From Amoebidium appalachense (taxonomy: Eukaryota; Protista; Ichthyosporea): a stretch of DNA of 64,000 bases. Positions 12,008 through 25,212 of the stretch are shown here, in pieces (position 1 is the stretch's first letter; each line of letters starts with the position of its first letter). Location: positions 761,245-825,244 of the forward strand of contig CAVNZM010000001.1 of NCBI GenBank assembly GCA_963693365.1, read 5' to 3'. A model generated the notes under the pieces. It was given only the letters and a program-made list of their open reading frames with translations. It had not been told where the DNA came from and made no database searches. A program made the translations under genes and the position numbers.

Positions 12008-13039
12008 TCACTTAAGAATAGAGGCGAATACACGTGTGGTAGTGGCAGCAATGGAGGCCGGACGAAGTCGTGTATAGATCAGGAAACAGTCGGAGGACCA
12101 CCTGCCGAGTTGTTTGATCCGGGAGTCGTCGACCCCGGCCTCAGCCAGTGCTGTGGCCCCCCCGATGCGGAGGCTGTGTCCGGCAAACCGGGAGGGTGAG
12201 AGGCTTGCCCGGGAGAGGAGGGCACGGAAGTCGGCAGAGAAAGCACTCTTGGTGTAGGGGATGCCACCGAGACTGAAGAGGGGGTCGTCGGGTTGACCGG
12301 ACGTTGTATCCAGGAACTGCCGGAGGAGATGGGCTGGGGAGAAGTGGGTGAGGGGCAGGGCAGCTAGGGTGATGTTGACACCTCGGGCCTGTACATCCGT
12401 CTTAGAGGTTGGCAGGTGGAGGGTGGCATGGGACAAAGTACCGGTGGGGGTGTAGGTGAAGGTCACGTCTTTCCGTTTAACGTGACGGGACGGGTTGAAA
12501 GAAGTCAGGGTCTTGGAGGTAAATTCCCCTGACCGGAGGAGGCCACAGAAACCGACGATGAGGGCTGTCCATAGCCGGAGATTGGCCGAGGAGGCCTTTG
12601 TGGGGTACTGGCCATGAAGTAGGCTGAGGTGGGAGGGCAGGAGGGGTTCCCTGGTTGATGAGCGGGGTCGGATGTTGTGAGAAAGCTGCCATCTGCCCAC
12701 CCCCGTAGGAACCAGGCCAGAGACTTGTCGTGGGGGTAGGGAGCAGGGAGGCCCATGTCGAGGTGGAGCCTGGTGATGGCTGAATTGTAGCCGGTTAAGG
12801 AAGAGGCCTGTACCCCTCGTTGGGCACACCAGGCGAGAAAAAGTTGCACGGTGTGTGGGGAGGCCGGGGAGGGAGGACCCGGAGGGGGATTGCAGTCGAG
12901 ATGCCACACAGAAATCGATGAACACTTTCTGCACCCGGGAGTAGAAGGCCCGAGAGTCGAGGTTGAGACTCAGGGCCTGGCATTCCTGCAGGGTAGTGGT
13001 GGCTCGAAGCAGCTCGGCCGGAGCAAAGTGGGGGGCCAA
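12008..13039 (-). CDS. Tyrosine recombinase of DIRS/Ngaro type (two compensating frameshifts near the N-terminus)
   Basis: Catalytic motifs GLLRSGEF, SKTD, GHSLRIGGAT and LGRWSSDCFLIY. The alternative frame restores the N-terminus seen in the 46361 copy. Confidence 0.9.
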   Translation of the reverse strand: MAPHFAPAELLRATTTLQECQALSLNLDSRAFYSRVQKVFIDFCVASRLQSPSGSSLPGLPTHRATFSRLVCPTRGTGLFLNRLQFSHHQAPPRHGPPCSLPPRQVSGLVPTGVGRWQLSHNIRPRSSTREPLLPSHLSLLHGQYPTKASSANLRLWTALIVGFCGLLRSGEFTSKTLTSFNPSRHVKRKDVTFTYTPTGTLSHATLHLPTSKTDVQARGVNITLAALPLTHFSPAHLLRQFLDTTSGQPDDPLFSLGGIPYTKSAFSADFRALLSRASLSPSRFAGHSLRIGGATALAEAGVDDSRIKQLGRWSSDCFLIYTRLRPASIAATTTRVFASILK

Positions 13040-13089
13040 TTTGCCAGCGTTGCTCCGGAACGGGAGATCTGGGGGGGGGGGGGGGGGGG

Positions 13090-13520
13090 TTAGCCCAAGG
13101 GAAGGGATAGGAACTCGTGGACCCAGGAGGGGAAGGGGCAGGGCTCCGGTTGCAGGGAAGGTCGGGGTCGTCGGGCCCGGGGAAGTTGGTTACGAGAAAT
13201 GGCATCGGCCAGATGGTTGAGGGGTCCTGGTAGGTAGGATGCCTGTAACGTAAATTGGTATTGCATTTCCATGCGGGTGATGAACCGAATGAGTTTGGCC
13301 ATCACGGGGTGGGGGGAAGACCGGGAGTGTAGGTCAGACACAGCACCCGTGTTGTCGCATAAAATACGGACATGGTGGGTGGACCAGGAGGGGGCCCAGA
13401 GGGCCACGGCGGCTGCGATGGCCAGGAGTTCGATGACGGAAGAACCTAGTTTACCCTCATGAGCATAGAGGGCTTGGGTGGAGGGGGACCAGGGCATGAA
13501 GAACCATTGGTCGAGCCAGT
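13090..13520 (-). pseudogene. DIRS/Ngaro-type RNase H domain fragment
   Basis: IELLAIAAAVALWAPSW..RILCDNTGAV..YLPGPLNHLADAISR. Confidence 0.85.
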
Positions 13521-14047
13521 GGAAAAGAGAAATATAGCTGTAAAGCTGTAGGTGCTAAACACAGAAGATGTGTTGTTGCCTGCTGATCTGCTAAAAACTG
13601 TCGTGCTTATATACCTACGGCTACCGAACTGAGCCAATCAAAACCGATCTAGTGTTATGTGAAATCTTATCCTGAGCCAATCAGACTCGGTCTAGTGATC
13701 TGTGGAATCTGGTGTTTTGATCGGCTAATAGGTGCCCGTATGCGGGCAGCCGAACGCGAACTGCTAAAACATGAAACAAAGCCTGTTGATATCGGACACC
13801 CATCCTACGTGTTTACCCAGAAAAATATTTATGTCAATAATTTCCACAAATAAAACCTTACTAAAGAGCTGTTGCCTTTTGATTCGTCAGAAAAAGGCCA
13901 GTCAGACTGTGAGAGGGCCGGTCACGGCCAGGGTTCGATTTTCCTTTAAAGCGTGTCGGAAGTTCCGAAACTGTACAGACGGTTTCCGAATTTAAAGACA
14001 ACAAGTGGGTGAGTACGGGTGAGGGGGTGGGGGTGGGGTGGGGTGGG

Positions 14048-14107
<60 letters not shown>

Positions 14108-14705
14108 GAGGATGGTCAGTGGGAGGAGGCGGTGCAGGGGGGGGGGGGGGGGAGGGGGGGGGGCGGGGAGGGCGGCGCCCCGGGGAAGGGGGGAAGCATA
14201 ATATTAATGTTTGTCTACTGCACCCATCCCATGAGTCTGATACTCCCCTCCCCCCCGCGGCCCTCCCCACCCCCCCCTTCCCGCGGGCCCCGCGATCCTT
14301 CAAGGAAGTTTTTGGGGGATTCCGAAAGGGCTAGTTTGCCATCCGAGAAACTCGAAAGCGAAAACCGAACCCTGGTCACGACAGCTGTACCCATCTCAGG
14401 GCCACCTGTGCGCCGGGCTCATCCAAAACAAAAACAACCATTTGTTGTTGTACTTTGACAATAGAATACAAATACTGTTCATATACGAGTAAAATTAAAA
14501 CTATTACTTCATTGATTCAATTCCACATAAGCGTTTTTTTGTAGATATTTTGTAGCCTTTTATCTGTTGCACATTATTCTAGATAAATCCCAGTAAGAGA
14601 AAGATAATGTCGAATGAACGGCGGGGATTTATAACGATCAGGTGTCTTGGGGGATCAAGAAGAAATGACAGGGGGGCTCCCCTGGGACACTCGGTATCAG
14701 CTGGT

Positions 14706-14820
<115 letters not shown>

Positions 14821-15031
14821 TAGAGTTTTGTAGTGATGTGTTTCTCAAGCCAATCAACACATCTAATAAACAGGTCGTATTTACGCGTGTTTAGTATAAA
14901 ATCAAGGGTGTTGTAATTTACAGGTAGGCTATCTTTCTGGGTGTCTGTTGTGAATGTGACGTGTGTGTGTTGCGGTATTATGTGGTCTATCAAACTACAT
15001 TTGGCGATACATGACCGTTTAAACTGGTGTG

Positions 15032-18000
15032 TGTTAAATTCTATAAGTATTTAGGATGTAAGCAGAGACACAGTGGTGCAGTGTGAAAACACCACAGACA
15101 CACACAACAACAAAACACGGAACGATCGGAGCAGTGTACACAACAGACATCAATGTTTAGACACGACTGAACTCAATTTATTTTGATCGCTAATAAATAC
15201 CTGAAATTCCCTTAAGTTAAATCCATACATGATTTCCGACCAGTCGGAAATCAGATCTATGTCTAAAATAACCAATCATAATTAACTGATTATTTCCCGG
15301 ATAGATCCGGAGACGCGGGAACACACACCATAGGTCACAGCTATAAGAAAGAAAAGAGGTGAAGAGTAACGAGGAAAGAGGTGGTGTTTCTAACCTATCA
15401 TCGGCTACAAAGACTCAGACATTTTCTGACTAAGTCCACTGATTGGATATAGTACGGCAACACACAAAACAAAAGTGGTTGACTAAGCTATGAATCATAC
15501 CTGACAAGCTAAAGTGTAACCTAAGTGTTTTTCTACCAATCAAAACATAACGAGTAATATAAATCTACTCAACGTATATTAGTGAGAGAGAAATATAATT
15601 AAATGAAAGGAAACAAGAGAAGAAAGAAAGAGAAAAGAAAAGACGAAGAAAGAGGAAAAAGAAAAGAAAGCAGGACAGAAAACACGAACAGCAAAACACA
15701 GTTATAACCGAAGATATTCATGTACACATAACATGTACACGTGTCTCCCTCACTGGGTAGACTCGTGTACCTATAATCAGTTAATCGATATCTAAACACA
15801 CGAATATAGCCGACACAACACGATTACAAGTACTCAAATACACTGGAGATCGATGTCATAATTTACGTACAAGGAGCACATCTTTTTCATTAAGTAAATG
15901 AATGAAAACATAACACGAACTGAGAAGATCTTACAATATGTAAATACTACGTATTATAACATCCCCACTTAAGACTTTGAAGTTTGTGTTATCATATCCC
16001 CACTGAACTAGTGAAATCTCCCCACTTGAGAACAGAAACGGAAAAAAAAAAATTAAAGTGTGTACTTTTCCCGGGGGGGGGGGGGGGGGGGAGAAGGGGG
16101 GGGGGGGAGGGGGGGGGGGGGGAAGGGGGGGGGGGGGGGAAGGGGGGGGGAAGGGGGGGGGGGGGGGGAAGGAACCGGGGCAAAAACAACGAATATATAT
16201 AACGTGTATAGGCGGTGTTTGATTAACTGGGTTTTAAACCAGTGAAAGATAGAGTAGAGTGATGGTACAGGTCAAACCTTATATATAAACCCTAAGTGGG
16301 CATACCCACAAAGGCAATACATATGATATAATGATGTTGATAAAGTAAGTAGTACACATGAGAAAATCACTCTTGAAGTAGGTCGGGTCAATCCACAATA
16401 TCCGGTAAACAAAGTCGAGCACGATGGTGGACATGACTCGGGCCGGGGAGGGGTTTGGTGAGTATGTCAGCTAAGTTGTGGGCTGACTCAACGTAGTGGA
16501 CAACCACGTCCCCACTGGCAATGTAGTCCTTGGTGTTGTGATACCGGACGGCAATGTGTTTGGTACGGTGCTTGATGCCGGTGGAGTTGACGATGGCAAT
16601 GGTCGACTGGTTGTCACAGTACACCGGAGTCGGAGCAAGCATGGGACAGCCGAGTTCCTTGAAGAGGTCACGGACCCAAGCAACTACTTGGGTGCCAGCA
16701 TTGAGAGCAATCAGCTCAGCTTCAGTGGTGCTGGTGGCCGTGATGGGCTGGAGCTTGGAGTACCAGATGACGGGCATACCAGCAAACACGATAATGTAGC
16801 CGGTGGTAGACTTCTTGCTGTCGGCACAACCAGCAAAGTCAGCATCCGTGTAGCATTCGAGTATGGGGGACTGGGTGGCCGAGTACTTGTAGTCAATGCC
16901 AAGGTCAATGGTGCCGAGCAGGTACCGGGCCACACGACGGAGAAGGTCCCAGTGAGTCTTGCCGGGGTTGGTGCTGAACCGACCAAGGAAGCCGATGGCA
17001 TAGGCAATGTCGGGACGTGTGCACCGTGCCACCCAGAGGAGACGGCCGAGTAACTCACGGTAGGGCACGGTGAACGGTTGGGGGGGGCAATCAGCCAGGG
17101 AGACGGTGGTGCCTGCAGGGATGGGGGTAGACTTGGACTTGGCATCGGTGAGGTTGAAGTCGTGGATGATATCCATGATGTAAGACCTCTGGTGCATGTG
17201 GAGGTGATGGGGATCAGAGTGATTAAAATCAACACCGAGCATACGGTCAAATGGACTCATACGACAGCTGGCCATCTTGCTGATGTGGGCAGCCAGGTCA
17301 CTGGCAGCAGTAGAACCCCGGGTGTTGGTGATGGTGGAGTCATCGACGTAGTTACCAGCCCGTACCACATCGTTGTTGGGGAAGAACCGGAGGTAGATGC
17401 ACGGGTCGGTCTTAGTACGGGTCAGGCCATGGGCAAGAAGAATGCCGTCGAGGAAGTCGTACCAAGCCTTGGAGGCTTGCTTGAGGCCGTACAGGGCTTT
17501 CTTGAGTCTCCAGACCTTGCCAAGTGTGGCCATGGTGATGAATCCCGGGGGTTGTTTCATGTAGATGGTCTCGGTGAGTGGGCTGTTGAGAAAGGCCGTA
17601 GACACGTCGAGTTGATGTATGTCATGACCTTCAACAACGGCCAGAGCTAGGATGGCACGGAGAGCAGCCGGACGGATGACAGGGCTCTCAATCAACTCAT
17701 AGTCAACACCGTATTGCTGACTGAAGCCTTGAGCAACACCACGTGCCTTGATCTTGGTGTCACCAGCCGAGTTGAGAGTTTTCTCGGAGACAATCCACTT
17801 GAAGCCGACGATGTTAGCACCAGGGGGAGGGTCAACAAGTTCAAAGATGTCTTTGTCGACGAAGGCTTGATACTCAGCAGTCAGGGCTGACTTGACCTGA
17901 TCACCATTGGGTCCGGAACAGAGTTGACGGACAAGTTTGGGTAGTTGGTCGATGTTGATGGGGGGACCGGGGGGACTGGCAGGGTGGTGGTGGCTTGAAG

Positions 18001-21000
18001 TCCAACCTTGCCCTGGAGACGGGCAGAACGACGGGGTGCAGGAACCGGGGTAGGTGGAGACGGTGGGGGGGGAACTTGGAAGTTCGGAAGTGCAGGGGGG
18101 GCAACCTCCGGGCTGGACGGGGCCGAGTGGAAGTTGTCGGGGGAGCCGGGTCGGATGGGTGTGACGTTGCCAGGGGCAGGATGAGGGTCGGCAGGCTGGA
18201 CGGGCACGGGGGCAGGGAGGCCGGTGGGGGGGGGGGGTGTCGGGGGAACGACGATGGCAGGAGGGGGGCCAGAGTACACCAGACAAACATCATCTTCAGT
18301 GTCAACTGTGGGGGGTGGGGTGGTCGAGGTAGCAGTGGTGTCGGGGGTCGGAAGGGTTGATGGAATGTCGGACGGGAGATAAGCTGATTCGTCGAAAATC
18401 ACATCACGGAAGAGGCCGACACGATGGGTGGTGGCATTGAAGATCCGGTGGCAGTGTGATTGAAGATCATAGCCGATATACATGCCGAGTTTGACGGTGG
18501 GGGCCAGCTTGTTCCGTTTAGAGGCTGGCACGTGAGTGTAGGCAGGGCAACCGAACACTTTGAGCTCGGAGATGTCGGGCTTGACACCGTAGAAAACCTC
18601 GAATGGTGTACGACCATTGGCAGTCGTGGACGGGGTGACGTTGATGATGTAGGCGGCATGTTGGAGGGCCTCAGCCCACAGTTTGGGAGACAGAGACTGA
18701 TCTTGGACTTGATGGAGGAGGCAACGGACAATCTCTTGGAGGAACCGCATACGTCGTTCAACATAGCCGTTCAGTTGAGGGCAGTCCACCGGAGCATAGC
18801 TGGCCTTGATGCCCTGGGAGAGGCAAAAAGCACGGGTATCCTTGGAGGTGAACTCAGAGCCGGAGTCGAAGTGGTAAACACCAACTTTGGAGGGGGCATG
18901 GGTGGCAACGAGGTTGGTGTGAGCTGTGAGAATATCCAGGGTGGTGGTACGGTCGGCCATCGGGTAGATCTTGACGAGGCCAGAGGCACGGCAGACAGTG
19001 ACGAGAGCAACCTTGGAACCTCCGTACGATGTTGTGGTAGGCTCAAAAAAATCCCAATGCCATTCATGACCGGGGATGTTGGAGTGAGGACGGTCACCCC
19101 TGAACGGAGCCTTGGTGGTCTTACCCATAATGCAGCCATGACAATCAGGAACATCACAGTCGAGGACAGAGGAGGGGAGACCAATAACAAGGTCGTGTTT
19201 CACCATGTCCTTGATGCTGGTCATAGCTCGGTGCCCCAGGCGATGGTGCCAGATGGATGGGTTAACACTGGTAGTGGCAGCCAGAGCCACAGGACGAGTG
19301 GGTGGTTGAATGGTGTAGTCCTTGAAGTAATACAGACCGTTGTGTAGACGGAGGTTGACGAGATGACGGCCGGTGAGTCGGTCGAAGAGGAATGACGGAG
19401 TGGAGGCATCGTTCAAATCACCCTTGATGTATTCGGCAGCAGCTTGGGATGTTGAAATGAGGAAGGCTTGGCCAGACGGGGTGTAGTAGGCTTCAATGGT
19501 TAGGGTGGTAGTGCCATGGTCGGTGGTGGTGTTGATGACGATATGGCCGGTGTGAGTGGCCAAGACGGGGGTGCCATTGAAGGCAGCAACGGGAGTCGGT
19601 GTCGGAAGGGGAGTGAGGTCATGGAAGAACTCACGGGTGGGGCAAACAGTCATGTTGCACCCGGAATCCCAGGCAGGGTCGGAGGACACGGGGACGGAGC
19701 TAGCATTGTATGCCGAGAAAGCAAAGGAGACAGATTTCTCACTGCCTTGACGGAAACGGTTGTGTCTGGACATACGGCATTTCGGCTCAGGGCAATCGAT
19801 GATCGTGTGATCAGGCTCGTGGCAGTAGGAGCATTCTTTCACGGACGGGGTGTTAGAACGAGCCGGGGAATCAGAACGACGGGAACCCGAGAAACGGGAA
19901 CGACTGGGGGAACGAGACGTGGACCGGAAGGCAGGCCGGTGGGGGGAACGGGATCGGGTGTGCTGACGGGAGAGACGAGTTCGGAGGTCCGTGCCAGAGG
20001 TACGGTCAAGTCGGGTGCGTAAGTCACGGCGAGGAAGATCACGGGGGGGAGCACTGGCATTTAATGCCATGCTGGACTTGGAGGCACGGTGGGCACGGTT
20101 GTTCCGGAGTTGCATCTTGAGGTCTTGACGTAACTCGATGCCCTTGACGTGGTTATGGAGGGACTCGAAGTCGGGGAATAGCTTATCACCGAAGTGATAG
20201 TCTTCGATAAGACGATTGAACTCAGGGGTGAGGTCGTCTCTGGTGGTGAGTTCATTGAAGAACTTCTCAGCTAGACGAGTGAAGTGAATGGACTCATCTT
20301 GGAGAGACTGGAGCTGGTTCACGATGGTCTGCAGACGGCTCAGGTAGGTGGTGAATGATTCACCGGGCTGAAGGGCACAGGCATCCCACTGACGGTGAAG
20401 GATGCGGATCTGATCGGGTTTGCCTTGGAGATAGTGTTGACGGAATTTCCACATGGCCCGTTCAGGGTCCATGCCAATACGGTACTGGGCAACGGTGGTG
20501 AGGACGGAAGGGTCGATGTTCTGTATCATATGGAGCAGGAGGCAATTGCGGGCCTCTTTGAGTTCCGCGGTAGTGCCGTAGCCATAGAAGGGGGGTTCAC
20601 CGTCAACCGCGACGGTGGTAGGGGGGACGTAGTTGTCAGCAAGGACAACATCCACGAGTCGGACACCTTTAGTGCCGGTCATCATGCCGAGAAAAATGAT
20701 TTCCCATTGAAAATAGGTAGTTTTGCTATCGGGACCAGTCTTCCCTTCACCTTTCCACATGGTGATTTTGTTTACGCCAGTTTTGTTTGGATCCATGATT
20801 GAAAAACGAGCGCGAGTTCTAGATGTGTGTAGGGAGCGTGCAAAAGGGCTGCATAACCTGTTAAATTCTATAAGTATTTAGGATGTAAGCAGAGACACAG
20901 TGGTGCAGTGTGAAAACACCACAGACACACACAACAACAAAACACGGAACGATCGGAGCAGTGTACACAACAGACATCAATGTTTAGACACGACTGAACT

Positions 21001-21793
21001 CAATTTATTTTGATCGCTAATAAATACCTGAAATTCCCTTAAGTTAAATCCATACATGATTTCCGACCAGTCGGAAATCAGATCTATGTCTAAAATAACC
21101 AATCATAATTAACTGATTATTTCCCGGATAGATCCGGAGACGCGGGAACACACACCATAGGTCACAGCTATAAGAAAGAAAAGAGGTGAAGAGTAACGAG
21201 GAAAGAGGTGGTGTTTCTAACCTATCATCGGCTACAAAGACTCAGACATTTTCTGACTAAGTCCACTGATTGGATATAGTACGGCAACACACAAAACAAA
21301 AGTGGTTGACTAAGCTATGAATCATACCTGACAAGCTAAAGTGTAACCTAAGTGTTTTTCTACCAATCAAAACATAACGAGTAATATAAATCTACTCAAC
21401 GTATATTAGTGAGAGAGAAATATAATTAAATGAAAGGAAACAAGAGAAGAAAGAAAGAGAAAAGAAAAGACGAAGAAAGAGGAAAAAGAAAAGAAAGCAG
21501 GACAGAAAACACGAACAGCAAAACACAGTTATAACCGAAGATATTCATGTACACATAACATGTACACGTGTCTCCCTCACTGGGTAGACTCGTGTACCTA
21601 TAATCAGTTGCTGTAATCGATATCTAAACACACGAATATAGCCGACACAACACGATTACAAGTACTCAAATACACTGGAGATCGATGTCATAATTTACGT
21701 ACAAGGAGCACATCTTTTTCATTAAGTAAATGAATGAAAACATAACACGAACTGAGAAGATCTTACAATATGTAAATACTACGTATTATAACA
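15032..21793 (-). mobile_element. Full-length Ty1/Copia element (LTR type A1: 20859-21793 and 15032-15961), TSD GTGTG
   Basis: Near-identical LTRs (one 5-bp indel seen), PBS GGTTATGCAGCCC, PPT AAGTGGGGA, TSD on both sides. Confidence 0.95.
16388..20796 (-). CDS. Copia Gag-PR-IN-RT-RH polyprotein (one frame break in a C-run near 17970)
   Basis: CSYCHEPDHTIIDC knuckle, WDSGC protease, WHHRLGH..CHGC, integrase D-D-E, LKKALYGLKQA, YVDD, YTDADFAG, LADILTK. Confidence 0.93.
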
Positions 21794-23489
21794 GTGTGTG
21801 TGTGTGTTGTTTGGGCATGCAAACGATGCGACCTTATACTTATTATATCTCCACTGTATAGCACGTGTCCAGTAAAAGCTTGGTAATTGATCAATAATAC
21901 CATCAGCTAGAGAAAGAGCAGTTCTACAGGGAGGTAATATGTATTTAGGTGTTATACATTTGCGAGTGCCATATTTGGCAATATGGTTAAGGCGGTCATT
22001 ATATATAAAACGAGACATAAGGCTTAGTTTTTCAAGGTGTCTGCTTTCATCGGGTCTAGTGTCGTGTGGTATCTTTTTCCATTTGTTATATTGCGTGATT
22101 ATCTTGTAATTGTTTACATGTTTAATAAGTAAGTGGCAGTCCAAAGTCACACGCACACTTTTGCGGGGTTTATTTGTATTTGTGCCCGGAGGAGAAGGAG
22201 AGAGAGAGGGAAGGAAAGAGGGGAGAGGTGAGGAGGGGACAGGTCGGATAGAGAAGAGAGGGTGGGAGGGCAAATACTTCTTTAAGCGGCTTATGTACTT
22301 ATTGAATTTCAGCGTGAGATGGGATACTCTAGCAGCTATTGGGACCAGACCATATATCGAGAGCGTTACAGGCCCAGGTTTACAACAGTTGTTAGATAGA
22401 AAGGAGGCAACTTCTGCTTGAAGGAAATTTGCCAAGGGTTTAAGCGCTCTAGTTCTCTCTTTCTTGATCCAAGCGGCGAGAAGGGGTAAACCATATTCAC
22501 ATGCCGGGAAGACAAAAGTGCGAATAAATGTAAGTCTAATAGAAGGATGGAGGGGTGTGTCTTTAAAAATATTAGCCGAGAAGAAAGCTAAATGCTTACG
22601 AGCCAACTCTACCCTCTTTTCGGCCATATGGGAAAACATAACACCAACAGAATTAACCGGAACACCAAGATATTTGTATTCTGGAACTATAGGTACAGGT
22701 TTAGATGATCATGTAAACGTGTGTAAATTGTTAGCCATATCAGGTACAAGAACACCACATTTGTCTATGTTAAGGATCATAAGGTTTGCCTTGCACCACT
22801 CTGACACTACATCGAACAATCTTTGCTGGCGTCTAGGGGTACGGGCAAGGAGGGACAGATCATCAGCATAGAGAAGTGCAGGCGGAAAGTTATCAATAGG
22901 GTCATCATTATCGGCATAAATCTTGACAGTCAAATCATCTATAAATAGGTTAAACAAAATGGACTAAGCAACGAACCCTGCAAGAGACCTCTAGTACGAG
23001 CAAAACCATATGAAAGATGTCCATTAACCACAGCTCTACCATAGGTTTGAGACAAGAGTGCTTCTAACAGAACACCAATGCAGTGTGTACGGTACACCCC
23101 GTGCAGCAAGCTTTTCCCATAGGAGACCAGGGGAGACAGAATCGTAAGCAGTTTTCCAATCAATAAAGCCAACATATCGTGCACCAACTTGCATAGAATC
23201 GTGCAGTGCCATTATTTGAACATAACATGAATTGTTCTTACAAAAAGCGGATTGGCATGGGTGTATGTGAAGAATAGATTGAAACCTAGGGTGATGTGCA
23301 AATAACCTAAGTAAGCAAGCTTCAAAGAATCTACGAATAACCTGGGTTAGTGTGATGGGGCGAAAAGATGATATGGGGCCCTCAGAGTCCTTCTTAACTA
23401 TGGGGATCACTAAGGTATCTAACCAAGATGACGGGACATATCTATTTTCCGTAGGATCTAATGGAACAGCTGAACTCTTTCAGTTTGAA

Positions 23490-23753
23490 ATGGGGGGGGG
23501 GGGGGGGTTTGAGTAAATATCGACGTCCCCCCCCCTCCCCCCCCCCCGAGGGGGGAGGGAACCACCAAGCCGGGGGGGATGGTGCCCCCCCCCCCTCCCC
23601 CCCCCTCCCCCTCCCCCCTCCTACCCCCCGGCATGCGCGTGATTTGGCCGGCCTCTTTCCCCACCCACCAAAGGTTTTATTCGTCACTTTTTTTTTCTTT
23701 CCTTCTCTTTCGGAGGAATTGCCTCCCTTTTGGCCACTGATGCATATCCCAAG

Positions 23754-23807
<54 letters not shown>

Positions 23808-23932
23808 ACATTCACGCACACACACACACAAACACACGCCCTACACACACACCCTTCCACCCACACACACACACACACACAACGCTCACAAACACCCACA
23901 CACACGTCCGTGCGCGGTATGGGCGCGCACAC

Positions 23933-23989
<57 letters not shown>

Positions 23990-24197
23990 CCCACCCGTTC
24001 GTGCCGGTGCTCTTCTTCTGCCGGATGCATTACATAATCCCTTCTCCCTCTCTCCCCCTTCCCCTCTCCCCTCCTGCCCCTCCCGCCCCACTCATGATCC
24101 CCCCCCCCCCCCCCCCCCTCCCCCCCTCCCTCACGCTGCTCATTTACACAAGTACATGCATGTACACACGCGCACGCACACACGCACACCTACACAC

Positions 24198-24253
<56 letters not shown>

Positions 24254-24275
24254 ACACATGTACACACACATGCAA
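23490..24275. repeat. Low-complexity poly-C and (CA)n region
   Basis: Seen directly. Confidence 0.8.
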
Positions 24276-25212
24276 CGGTCAACTATGTGTTGTAATACGT
24301 AGTATCTACATATGGTAAGATCTTCTCAGTTTGTGTTATGTTTCAGTTCATATGCTTAGTGTAAATGCCACACTCCTATTATGTAAAGTGTAGCATCGAT
24401 CTCCGATATGCTTGTATACTTGTAATCGTGTTGTATCGGCTTTAATCGTGTATTGTGATATCGATTAGAATATTTATTTGTGTGTACACGGATCCACCCA
24501 CTCAGGGAGAGACGTGTACATGTTCGTGTGTACATAAATATCTCTGGTTATAGTTATGCTATTGCTATCTTGTTTGTTGATCTGTGCTCTCTTTTCCTCC
24601 CTCTTTCTCCTTCCTTATTTTCTTTTCTTTCTCTCCTTGTCTTCATGTGCATAATCGTATTTCTTTTCTACTAATATATGTTAGGTAGATTTGTGTTACT
24701 TAATACGTGTTCATTGGACGGTAACACACTTAGGCTACACTTAGAATAGCATGTGTGTTTAGACTTCATTAATTTACTTTAGTTTTCATGTGTTGCCGGG
24801 CTTTAACCAATCATCAAGGTTAAGTGTGATATGTCTGAGTCTTTGCAGTATGTCATAGGTTAGAACTTCCTTGATGATGACACGAGTTGATCTTAACTAG
24901 TGTCTGTGTCCTATCGTGTATGTCTCCGCGTACCGTATCTCTCTGAAAGCAATTGGTTCTTAGTGATTGGTTTCTATTAGAGATAGATCTGATTTCCGAC
25001 CAGTCGGAAATCATGTATGGATTGGACTTAGAGGAATTTCAGGTATTTATTTGAAGATCAGAATAAATTCAGTTCAGTCGTGTCTAAACATTGATGTCTG
25101 TTGTGTACACTGCTCCGATCGTTCCGTGTTTTGTTGTTGTGTGTGTCTGTGGTGTTTTCACACTGCACCACTGTGTCTCTGCTTTCATCCCAAATACTTA
25201 TATAATTTAACA

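Larger units (their letters stand above)
11333..13857 (-). mobile_element. Ngaro/PAT-type tyrosine-recombinase retrotransposon with split direct repeats A1..B1-A2..B2; internally deleted (no gag or RT)
   Basis: A1 13523-13857 = A2 11556-11890 (335 bp); B1 11891-11979 = B2 11333-11421 (89 bp). RNase H and YR ORFs lie between them. Confidence 0.9.

Noticed and set aside
16072-16170. Functional G-quadruplex in the Copia 3' UTR G/C tract
   Set aside because: Run lengths and interruptions differ in each copy and look like base-calling noise; the true sequence cannot be read.
17881-18305. Programmed frameshift between integrase and RT in the Copia copies
   Set aside because: The break falls in a different C-homopolymer in each of the three copies, and combining them gives one continuous ORF; homopolymer error or slippage is more likely.
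18460-19347. 295-aa antisense ORF (and similar 135-200-aa ones) conserved in the Copia copies
   Set aside because: Expected shadow of C-ending codon bias on the sense strand; the copies are too similar for conservation to be informative, and no domain is recognisable.
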